DNA from: Camelus dromedarius
Taxonomy: Eukaryota
Direction: 5' to 3'
Length of the DNA: 64,000 nt
Assembly (NCBI RefSeq): GCF_036321535.1
Contig: NC_087437.1
Location: 97,962,001-98,026,000 of the forward strand
Below the pieces are notes generated by a model. It searched no databases. It worked only from the letters and a program-made list of their open reading frames with translations, and was not told the origin of the DNA. Positions 52,616-64,000 of the stretch are shown piece by piece. A program made the translations under genes and the position numbers. Position 1 is the first letter of the stretch, and each line of letters starts with the position of its first letter.

Positions 52616-55039
52616 CTATAAAATGGGAAAGAAAAAAGAAAGGAAATTTAGAATTTGTGACTTTCACTGATAAAACTGCTAAACATATTAGATTATGATT
52701 CAATAAGCATCAGTCTCTTGCAAATTCAGGATTAAAAAAGCTCTTCTCTCTGAAATATCTAAAGGCACTGAAGGTATAACTATTATTAACATAATATTTA
52801 CAGTTCATAAAATGTCTTCATCTGTTTGTTATCATGTTAAGCACCTTGGAGAAAAATCTATTAAATTATTTTTAATTTATAGTGTTACTTTTGTTCTTGG
52901 GAATGGCATATATTACTAAGCAACCAACCAACTAATAAATAACAACAGCAAAACAAACAAACAAAAACAGGCATTTGAGTAGATCCACCATTGTGTCTCA
53001 TAAAGATCATATTTGTCAAAAAACCAAAAATGACCGCCAATGCATTTTCTGTTGGTAACTCTTGATAATATGAACCTCTCTACTAGATGTCAGAAAGACG
53101 AGGCATATACACAGACCTATTAATAAACGGAAAAGAGCATTTAGGCATTCACAGTCTAAGGTTGAAAGTAAAACTGATTTTTTTCCACATTTAACATGGA
53201 ATTACAATGAGACCTCTGGGTCAATTTCATTCACTGGTTTTGAGAGAAAGCTTAATATGGTAGTAGAAGACTTGTTCTCTTGGATACTTTTTGCCTACAA
53301 AGCTAAATTTTTATTTGTATGTAACTCATTCTAGCCAGGTAATTATAAACAATTCCTCACATACCACAAAGTAAATGATTCTCCTAAATCTTTAGAGTAG
53401 TTTTCGTTTTCAAAATCTTTAGAGTAGTTGAGTCAAAAAAATTGATATTTTCTCACTGTTTAATTTTATATACCGTTCAGGATGGTGGATATCAGACATT
53501 ATGGACTTTCTGTACCCATAAATCCCAAGAATATTTTCTATTGTAAGAACTTTATCTTATTTCAAACCTATAATATTTTCAAAATAAGCTGGTGATACTG
53601 AAAAAGAACTTAGTAGTCTGAAAAGCTGAAAATGGGAGTCAGTAATCTATAAAACTCTGTATGGTCTTTTCAACAGTCAGAGACCATTTTAGTTCAAGTG
53701 GCTTCAAAAGCTCTTTTAGTCCTTACAAGCACTCTTATCCTCGTGTCTCCCTACTAGCTATCTTTAAAACTTCTTGTTTCCCTTTTAAATGAGCTGAAAT
53801 AAAAAGATCCTGACATGTGACAAGGGGTTAGCTTGATAGACAGTGTGATACAGAACGTCGCCCCAAGGATGGTGGCTGTGTTAGACACAATTAACACCTT
53901 TTGCTGACTTTCTACCCCTGCGGAAAAAGCCCTTAAACTTGAGGCAAGAGGAAAGAAAAAGGACTGAAATTGAGAACCACTTTGGAAAATACAGTCTCCT
54001 TATACAGGGCTCACTAACCTAGAGTGATTTCCCAGAGCATTAATTGCTTCAACTTGCCTAGTAGGTGTTTCCACCTGGCCATCGTTGCCCGGAGATCACA
54101 AAAGGGAATTGAGTGTTTTCTTGTCCTGCTTATAAACAATCTGAACACAGGGAAATCTGTTACTCTTTTGTATCCTTCAAACATTCTTATGCCCTTTTGG
54201 AGTTATGCCTAGGGCAATTTTGTAGACTACCACCAGCCTATGTCCTGCCTGCTAAATATTAATGAGGGTTACAGCATGATTTCCACCACTGGATAATGGG
54301 TCATGTTGTCCAGGAGGGCAGAGAATAGGCTCACTTCAGCATTTCTCTACACTATCTTCTGCCATTAAGTAATCAATAGTCATCACCTTTTAAAATTAAT
54401 TCTCTCCTCATTGTATCAATAAAGAGAAGCAGATTTAGGAGTAGTGGTTTTCAAGACTATTACTTTGGGTTTTGTCAGTCATCTCATTACAAATCACTCA
54501 ACAGCTTTAAGCCAGAGGAGTAGAATATCAATCTGTGCTAAGACACCCTTAAGAAGCAAATCTAAGTAGTTAAAATATGATTTTAAAATTTCATTATTCT
54601 CTAGTCAAAAAGTTAGTGACTTTCTGAAATGGTTTCATAATATATAGGTTATGGCTTATGATGAAAAAGGGCTAATGTCTATTATGAGGTATGGACAATG
54701 AACAAATGTGTAATTTCGACTCATTAAGTTTCTAATGAAAAGGTGAATCATGTGGAGATAAGCTGGTTTTATTGATGATAGGACGTCCTTTGTAAGTGAG
54801 AAAGTGTTTGAATATTGATAATTTTCCGCTGTATAATTGTAATGGATTAGATTTAGCAATATCATTTTGTGACAGAGCTCCCATCAAGAAAGAACTATTA
54901 TATAAACAAATAACTAACAGCAAAAAAGTATCTTAAATAAAAATGCAATTCATATTTTAGATAATTCTTTGTTTTTGTTGACATTAGATCATATTTACTC
55001 TTTAACGATATTTCATATAAACCTATAGTCTTCCCTTGT

Positions 55040-58000
55040 GCAGTCAAATGTGTTTGTAAAATGGCACAACACATGTGGAAGGTAATTTGACAAAACCAGC
55101 AAAATTACATGTATTTGCCCTTTGACCCAAAAATTCCATTTCTAGACATCTATATCAGAGATACACTAAATCTAAATTGATTTATACATTCATGTTTGTT
55201 GTAAATCTTTTGTATTATTGAACAGCTGTAAACCCCGACATTGATCCAGAGAAAACAGATTGAATAATATATGGTAAATTCAGACAATAGAGATGTCTAC
55301 ATCTGTAAAAAAGTGAAATATATCTCTTTATAATGCCATGGAATGATCTCCCGGATAAAGTGTAAATAAAAAAAGCCAAGTAGAGAAAAATGTACACAAT
55401 AGGCTGCCATTTATCTAAGGGTGGAAATACATGTGTGTCTCAAAACAGGCAGATACATGTTTTTCTTCTTAGAGAAATGGGGTAAAATAAGCAAAGTGAA
55501 AGGGACATAAGAGAAAACAGACTTCTCTGAATAGACCTTGTTTTGTAGATTTGACTTTAAAACCACATAACTTCTAAAAATATTTATAAACTAAATTAAA
55601 TAAAAATGAAAGCAATCCCTAACAATTCCAAATAAAAATAATGCATCTAATTTCGTATTGAATTGGTGGCTTAGAAAGAAGAATTATTTTAAGCAATCAA
55701 AAAAGAAACAGTAATTTATTGTTCAAAGGACCAAAAAAATAGACACATTTTAACCCATTTATAATTGCATTAAAAAGAATAAAATACCTAGGAATAAATC
55801 TAACTAAGTAAAGATATGTACTCAGAAGACTAAGTCACTCATGAAAGAAATTGAAGATGACACTAACAAATGGGAAGCTATACTGTGCTCATGGATTGGA
55901 AGAATTAATATTGTTAAAATGACCATACTACCCAAGGCAATCTGTAGATTCAATGCAATCCCTATCAGAATACCAAAGGCATTTTTTTTACATAACTAGA
56001 ACAACTAATTCTAAAATTTGTATAGAAACACAAAAGACCTAGAATAGCCAAAACAATCTTGAGAAAAAAGAACAAAGCTGAAATTATTACTCACCCTGAT
56101 TCCAAACTGTAGTATAAAGCGACAGTAATCAAAATAGTATGGTACAGACACAAAAACAGACACATAGATCAATGGAACAGAATAGACAGCTCAGAAATAT
56201 ACCCATGTGTATATGGTCAATCTCCAGCAAAGGAAGCAAGAATATACAGTGGAGAAAAGACAGCTTCTTCAATAAATGGTGTTGGAATACCCGAAAGCTA
56301 CATACCAAAGAATCAAGCTGGATTACTTTCTCACACCACGTGCAAAAATAAACTCAAAATGTATTAAAGGCTTAAATGTAAGACCTGATACCATAAAACT
56401 CCTGGCAGAAATCATAGGCAGTATGTTCTTTGACACTGAACTTAGCAACATTTTTTGGAGGATTGTCTCTTCAGGCAAGGGAAACAAAAGCAAAAATAAA
56501 TAAATGGGACTACACCAAACTAAAAAGCTCTTGCACAGCAAAGGAAATTATCAACAAAATGAGAAAAATCTGCCTACTAAATGGAAGAAGATATTTTCCA
56601 ATGATATAGCTGAAAAGAGATTAATGTTAGAAATATACAATAAACTCATACAACTCAGCATCAGAAAAAAACAACCTAATTAAAAAGTGGGCAGAGGACC
56701 TGAGTAGATATTTTTCCAAAGAAGATATACAGATGGCCAACAGGTATATGAAAAAATGCTCAACATCACTAATCATCAAAACCACAATGAGATATCAACT
56801 CATACCTGTCAAATGACTGTTATCAAAAAGGCAACAAATAACAAGTGTTGGCAAAAATTTGGAGAAATTGTGTACTGTTAGTGGGAATGTAAACTGGTGT
56901 AGCCACTGTGGAAAACAGAATGGAGTTTCTTCAAAAAAATTAAAAAATAAAACTACCATGCAATCCAGCAATTTCATTCCTGTTTTTTATACAGAGAAAA
57001 CAAAAACACTAATTCAAAAGTATATATGCACCCCTTAGTTCATTGCAGCATTGTTCACAATAACCAAGATATGGAAGCAACTGAAGTGCACATCCATAGA
57101 TGAATGAATAAAGAAGATGTGTATATACACAGTGGAATAAAAAAGAATGAAATCTTGCCATTTGTGACAACATGGATGAACCTAGAGGATATTTTATTAA
57201 CTGAAATAAGTCAGACAGAGAAGGACAAATACTGTACGATTTCACTTATATGTGGAATCTAAAACAAACAAACAAACAAACAACAAAACAGAAACAGTCG
57301 TAATACAGACAACAAACAGGTGGTTGCCAGGGGGCAGGGAGAGGGAAATAGGTGAGGATGATTAAGAGGTACAGACTTACAGTTAACAAATAAATGATTC
57401 GTGAGTATGAAATGTGCAGTGTGGGGACTGTAGTCAATAATAATATAATATCTTTGTATGGTGACAAATGGTAACTAGCTATACTTATCATATTGACCAT
57501 TTGGAAATATATAGAAATATGAAATCATTATGTTGTGCTCCAGTAATTAACATAGTGTTGTAGATCAACTGTACTTCAAAAACAAACTCAGAAAAAAAAC
57601 TCTGTATCTAACTACCAGATTATAAAAAATTACAGAGACAGAGGAACATGTTAAATGACATCAAAAAGATGAAGTCAATCAGAAAAATTTAGAGAACAAA
57701 AAAATCTACAGGACAAATAACCTGTTTTTTTCAACTGATCAATAGAAAGAAATAGAAAGGAGATGGAAAGTATAAATTAAGAACCTATAAGAGTTGTATC
57801 AACCACATACTGTACAGTCCATCGATCTGTTTAGCTACAGATCAAATAAACCACTGTAACAAAAACATCCAGTAGACAACTTAGGAAAATTTTAAAGCAA
57901 TTTGATGATATTGAGAAGTATTGTTATTTTTCATTTGTAGTTCAAAAGAATGTAGTGAGGAAGAGCAAGTATGTGGACATTAAGAAACGTGACTGGCTGT

Positions 58001-58090
58001 TATTTAATGATTACTTGGGTAATAGATGTATGGGGTAGATTGTAATACTCTACTTTCACACGTTTGAAATTTTTCATAATAAAATGTTGG
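55040..58090 (+). mobile_element. Old LINE-1 (L1MC-like) fragments flanking a younger L1
   Basis: Left flank has ccctttgacccaaaaattccatttctag. Right flank has tctaactaccag...cagaggaacatgttaaatgaca and tttgaaatttttcataataaaatgtt. Confidence 0.55.
55750..57595 (+). mobile_element. 5'-truncated LINE-1 (ORF2 3' part, 3'UTR, A-rich end)
   Basis: Well-preserved ORF2 DNA (aaaatacctaggaataaatctaac, catggattggaagaattaatattgttaaaatgaccatactacccaaggcaatc), followed by the 3'UTR. Frameshifted. Confidence 0.92.
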
Positions 58091-58150
58091 GTTAACAAGA
58101 ACCACACATATGTATACAAAAGCTAAAAAATAACTTACAAAGAGTTAATA

Positions 58151-58250
58151 ATGGGTAAGGGTGGAGGGTATATGGGAAAACCCTGTACCTTCCTCTCAAT
58201 TTTGCTGTGAACCTAAAACTGCTCTAAAAAAAAAACAGTCTTAAAAAAAA
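58151..58250 (+). mobile_element. 100-bp extreme 3' end of an L1MC-like LINE-1 with A tail and TSD
   Basis: Motif ggtatatgggaaaaccctgtaccttcctctcaattttgctgtgaacctaaaactgctctaaaa. AAAGAGTTAATA is present at 58139-58150 and 58251-58262. Confidence 0.85.
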
Positions 58251-60984
58251 AAAGAGTTAATAGTTGTATAACTTTCTAAGGAACCAATTTGTAAATATAG
58301 CATTAATACTGTCTATTTCATAGTTGTTTAGAGGTATGGACATATTTAAGGAGAAAATAGTTCTGCTTTCTAAATTTATTTTAGTACAACTAACATTCTG
58401 ATATAAATGTATGTCACTGGATACGTTTTGAAGACTATCTGTGATTACATGGTGCAGATTACCTGCTTCTACATAGTCTACTTGGCTTTCACAATAATAG
58501 TGCTGGATAAGTGTCATTTGTGATGTTTGAACTCATTTGCGTATGTGTGTCCCTATGCAATGCAACGAATAATATAAGGAACTTAAGAACAGATTCATCT
58601 TTTTGTTGGTCACATTTCTTCTCTAGTTTTGCATAACAATTCTAATTACTACAGAATGTCACTTCATTATATAAAGCTATCAAGGTTCTTAGAAATCATA
58701 TTGTCCTTCTCAGTGAGGAAACTTACAGGAACCAATACTTGCAAAAAAGAAAAATTCTTTTTTTTTTTCAATTCTCCACCCTGACTGTACTCTCCACTAT
58801 GCCATTTCATTGCAAAATTTGATCTTGTCTTCTATTTTCAAAGAAACTTGCTATCTGAGTGGGACGGGAAGTATGTAAAGTTAGCTTGATAGAAAGAATA
58901 GAACTGAATAGGTTTCTTAAAACAATGATCATCCTACATTTATCGACATGAAGAAGAATTAGAGAATCTCTTTTTGGGAATGAAAAGCAACCTTCTGACA
59001 AAACCCAAAAGTCTTGGACCTTATTTTCATTTTTTAACCACTCCTCAACTTCTGGTATCTCCAGCATGACTTAATATTTGGGTAAGACACTGGTGGAAAA
59101 GTTTCACAGTCTATTTCAAAGAAAAAATTTGCATATGTGAGTCAGACATCCGCAGTATTTTGAAATCTACTGGCAAATTAAAAATTACACACACTGTGCC
59201 AGTGAGTTCTCACATCATCTAAATATTGCACATAGAACGTTCTTTGGTAATAAGTTCTTGAAATTTGAAATTGTTTCATCACATGCTCAGATGAATATTC
59301 TATAATAGTGATATGCTAAATCTCAATAAGCTTGTCAGGCTTTATCCAAAGGCATTCGAGGATTTAATCGTTCTAACTAACTCAGGTGTTGGGATCTTTT
59401 GAAGTGTGTGAAACAAATTTAACTCACTTAAAATAATCTGTTAGTATTGCCTCAGTGTCAAATAATTACAGTATCATGAGGTGCCAATGGAAGACAGTTG
59501 TATGGGGCGTCAGAGGGCTGAAGTCTGAAAGACAGCCAGAGCTGTAAGACATAGCCCTCAACACTAACACTTTAATCTTGGGTAAAGGCAACTCAGTGCT
59601 CAAATGCGTATCAGTGCTCTAAATATTTTTAATGCACATCTGAACTCATAGAACAAAAGTTAGTCTGCATGATCTCTCTGGTTCAGTATCTTCCTCTCAA
59701 CTGCAAAACACCTAAAGGAAGTGCTGATTCTGACTCCACTGTAGTGTTTTAAGGCTGTGTCAAAATTTCCATGCTAAAGCTTTGCTTTCACAAGTTGATG
59801 CACCCAGAGATGTTTTCTGCAAGTTGAAACTACCTAAAAGAAGATCACCTACAGGAAAGAAACCAGAACTGGAAAAAAAAAACAAAAAAAAACCACCAAA
59901 AACAACAATGCAGTATGATCCATGCCTGTAAAAGTGGTTATTTATATCAGCCTATTTAATGTAACAAAACAAGTTTTATGAGTGAAAAAGACTCAAATAT
60001 TTAGAATTCTCAACTGCACCTCTGCATGATTTAATACTGTATCTCATGATTTCCATTGCATCCAGAGACTGTAAATCTGCTGCACTTTTAGGAACTGAAT
60101 TGAAATTAAGATATTCTATTTTAATTGAAAGGGATTCTTAAAATAAATAATATTGATGTGTTTTAAATATGTTTTTTCAGATAAATAGCATAGTGCAACA
60201 AAAGTTCAGTCACTGATATAACCTACTCTTACAAATAAAGAGGAAATGCCAAACTTTAAAAAATGGGACTGTGATCAGGCTACTTTGAACGGCTTAGCTT
60301 CTTGTTTTTCCTACTGTAAAACTTCTACTTGACTTATTGACTCCTATATTTTTGTTACAGCACACTTTCTATTCCTTCCCTCTTCTTCTATCTACTAAAC
60401 CCATAAACAAGTACACTAAATGGTCCCTCTTGATGCTCCTGGAATTGTTTCATTATACCAACATCCTTCCTTGAAATCTTCAAGAATCTCCAAAGGGAAC
60501 CCACTTTTATAGCTGCTCTAGTTTATAGTGGCTTCTCTGCCTGCCTTCAGGCTGGAAGGCAGATGTGCCAACAAGTCTCTCTCTGCTTATGTCCTCTTAC
60601 TTACCCCTGACGATCTGTTTTAAATCTGCCCTCTGAACCTTCCACCTACACTGTTGGAAACCTGTTTGCTCACTGCTGTCTTTGAGGAGTTTGGACACAT
60701 AATGCAAAATGCAATATACCACACATGCATTCTTTCACCCTCCAGATTTGCTCATTTTCTCCCCAAATATCTGTTGTAGGCAGTTATTTTCATTACTGCT
60801 ACTCAAATATGTGCTATAACCCCATTCCCTTGTCAATGCAGTAACTTTCATCTCCTTAGTTCTCAAATCCTTGCCTCTCTGATCATCTAAAAATCACACC
60901 ACTGGACTAGTTTCCTTAAGCCAGTTCTCATCATTTTGTTCTTTTTCTCAAAATGTAAAGTTTGCTCCACATTGTTATGATGGC

Positions 60985-61135
60985 CACTGAGGGCTGGCTC
61001 TGTGCCAAGTGATTTATCTATAATTATTTCATTAAACAAATACAACCCTTCTCTGAGGTAGGTACTGATTTCTCCAGTTTACAGATGAGGAAAACCGAAG
61101 CTCAGAGAGTTTAAGTGGCTCTTCCTTAGTTGACA
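60985..61135 (-). mobile_element. MIR SINE within L2-like sequence
   Basis: Motif tgaggtaggtact...tttacagatgaggaaaaccgaagctcagagagtttaagtgg. Confidence 0.8.
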
Positions 61136-64000
61136 AAATAAAGCCCAAACTTAGCATGCTGCATGCACATTCACAGTTCTCCGTGGCATCAGGTAATGCT
61201 GGTCAATCTGATTAAGGAGAACTTCTGACGCTTCTTGCTGACCAGTATGGACACACTCACTTATGTTTCTAAGCTGTTGCTCATGCTGTTTTTCTCTAAA
61301 GGGATGTTCTTCCTCTTTTCTTCCTCCTCCTCAAATCTGGCCCATTCTTCAAGGGCAGGATCCAGTCCTACCTTCTCTATGAGACCACGTGCTGATACCT
61401 TACCATTTTAGCACGCATTGACTGCTCCTGATCTTAAGTGATGTAGGACCTATGGAGAAAATCCCACAGTTGGGAGTATTGGGAAAACCATAGCTGATGA
61501 CAAATTCCACACATTTCTCTTCAAGTTAAATGACAAAAACCATACATTTCACAGTTATACAATAGCAAATTATAACTTAGTAACATTATAGTCAAGCAAA
61601 TGATTTGCTGATGTTTAATTAAAGACCATAAGGTTTTACATTATGTAATTTAATGTAAATATACTAAGTGGCTTCTATGGCTAAACTTTGTGCCTGAGGT
61701 CAGGGCTGTTCATATGAATAAGACAAGGATCTATCCTGGAGGAATTTGTGCTTTATTGGTGCCATCAAATAACTTCAATTGATAAGCCCTAAATAGAACC
61801 TTACTCAAATGAATGGCTTATAAATATAGAAGCAATTCCTAAAAGCAGGTTATATTTACACACATAAATTACTAATGTATACAAAATGTCAACTTGGAAG
61901 TTTGTATTCATCCATTTAAAAATCCTTATTTGTACTAACTACTTAGTACATGAAAGGCATTTTGAATGCATATGTCTATACCTGTATTTTTGATAGTCTA
62001 AAGAAAGGTACATTAAAATGATCACAGATTTTGAACATGAAATTAGCTGAAATCAATACAATTTGAATTAGCTTAACTGTATTCAAAAATTATTTACTCT
62101 AAGAGATTGTGTAGTTATTGACTGAGGGTCTGTTTAGAAATACCCAGTCTAAAGATGGTAAGCATTTACAAGCTATAAAAAATATAAAAGAGAAATTGTG
62201 TATTCATTTTTATTATCAAAGAGATTTTTAAAAAGCAAGAATAACTTTTTATCAGATAAACTAAACTGAACATTCTCTTTCACGGTTTTAGACTTAAGCT
62301 TTTTTTTCCTTTTCAGTAACTAGAGAGAGAAAAAACCTTGAAAATTTTTTATTAGCTAACACATGATAAAAGAATGTACAGTACTTTTAAGTCTGTTAAG
62401 ATACTTTTAAACATACTTAATAGTTAAATGTGTTAATTAAAACTTTAGGTTCTTAACATTTTTTTAACAAGTTTACTAGTCAACTGTTTCTACTATTAAA
62501 TCCAATTAATTCAGTTTTTTTAAATCAAGTCAAATCATTACAAAGAGGCAAACATTTATAGTACCCATTGCTTTGAAATCATTAGTTAAATGGAGGAGTG
62601 AAAATTAAGTTGGGAAAATAGAATCCATTTAATAAACTCTTCCATCAAATTCTCTGGAACAAAAACTCCTTTACCTCCAGTAGTCTTAAATGTCCACCAC
62701 ATTCACTTATCTTCTGGGTACATAATAACCTTTCTAAAGTTCTCCCCAAGGGATATTTTAGTCATGCAGTGATCTCCTTGAACACAAGTAATGACAAACA
62801 ATAAGCTAATTCTCAAAAAGTTTTTTTTAAGTCATTTTTACTACTTTTAAATGAGTGTGTTTGATGCATGATTTTGGTCCCCCTGATTAATGGTCACCGC
62901 CATCCCAGCTTCTGGAGTTGTAATGTTTCCGTGAGCTTCCCTCCAACAGAGTTCAACCATTAATCCAGTGGCATATGTCAGCTCAGCAGAGCAAGGTCAC
63001 TCTTCTGCTTCAAGGGGAACCTTTTTAGAAATAATAAAACTGACAGAAAGTTCTTTTTTGCATGCTTTATGCCACCTGAGGTTGAGTGCTGCAGTTAATA
63101 TCATAAAGCTTATAAACATTCCCATCTCAGGCAGCACCCACTGACACTATGCTTAAGAATTTAAACGTTTTTTTCTTAGTAAGAACAGACATGTTTATGT
63201 GGGGCAAATATACTGTATGTAATCCCAAACAAGGAAAGAATAGGTAGAAAAAAAATAGGTGTAAATTCATGCTAGGATAATTGGAAGAGATGTTTGTGTC
63301 CTATAACTTCTTCATTGTCAATTACATTTATTTTCCTTTTGGATTTGGCTATATAAATATTCTAGTCTGCTGAGGGGTTAATAGTGGTGTTGAAATGTAA
63401 TAGTAGTGGTAGAAATGAACTCAGTTCTTGATAATTCCTAAACCTACAATATATGTTTGATAATAAAAGAACATTTATCTTTGAAGGAATTTTATTTTTA
63501 AAATTATAAGCCTTTGTTTCATTGGTAATGACTACTTTAAAATTGATAAATAATTATAGTTAGATTTTTATAATCATGATTTGAAATTTGTAGATGGCCT
63601 AATTTAGAAATGATGAATGGCTGGCTGTATAATAACTAACAATATAAAGAATATATACCCATAAGTATTACACAATTTATATAATGAATTTTTTTTACTC
63701 TTAATTTAAAAAATCTAAGTTGTATAGCTAGAACCATGTGAAATGTTCAGAAAAAATTTTAACCTGATATCCATACTAATGTCATATCACTATGTATTAT
63801 GACATTGATATAAGATAAATCTGCCTTCAATCTTATTTCAGGAATTTAAATTGTTAAAATTATGAAAAACATAAAAAAGAAACTTCAGTACGTAACTGTA
63901 TTTATTTTATGTATAGCAGAGAAAAGGTGGGGCCAGTTGGCAACTCAGGCCAGTCATTCTAAGAAGCTAGTTCCTTGGTCAGGTCCCCATGTCTAATGTC

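Noticed and set aside
58807..59067. ORF MLEIPEVEEWLKNENK... as SAMSN1 exon 1 or a viral/transposon relic
   Set aside because: There is an in-frame TAA two codons upstream, it does not resemble the recalled MLKRKPS start, and I recognise no domain. A tBLASTn/HMM search would settle it.
62880..63025. Possible extra coding exon on the minus strand
   Set aside because: All three frames after the candidate AG hit stops within about 45 nt.

Overview
AT-rich mammalian genomic DNA, most likely from a camelid. This is inferred from a tRNA-Ala-derived Vic-1-type SINE and a cetartiodactyl-type LINE-1 3' end. The window holds the 3' part of SAMSN1 (HACS1/SLy2, a SLY-family SH3+SAM adaptor) on the minus strand. 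Seven coding exons (52615-52544, 48692-48543, 44611-44482, 42363-42212, 39098-38892, 36980-36830, 26116-25914) all have AG/GT boundaries and splice in frame to 1065 nt, i.e. 354 codons plus TGA. A 3'UTR of about 0.67 kb ends near an AATAAA at 25262-25257. The first coding exon was not found and probably lies beyond base 64000. Bases 1 to about 25200 are downstream intergenic DNA. The rest is decayed repeats (L1, L2, MIR, MamSINE1, MaLR/ERVL LTRs, hAT MITEs), including nested insertions with readable target-site duplications, plus several candidate regulatory elements. Repeat family names and the human protein comparison come from recalled sequences, not a database search, and repeat edges are approximate. 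I found no convincing previously undescribed biological system. The best leads are candidate enhancers, especially a dense NFAT/STAT/octamer/AP-1 cluster at about 59.1 kb.
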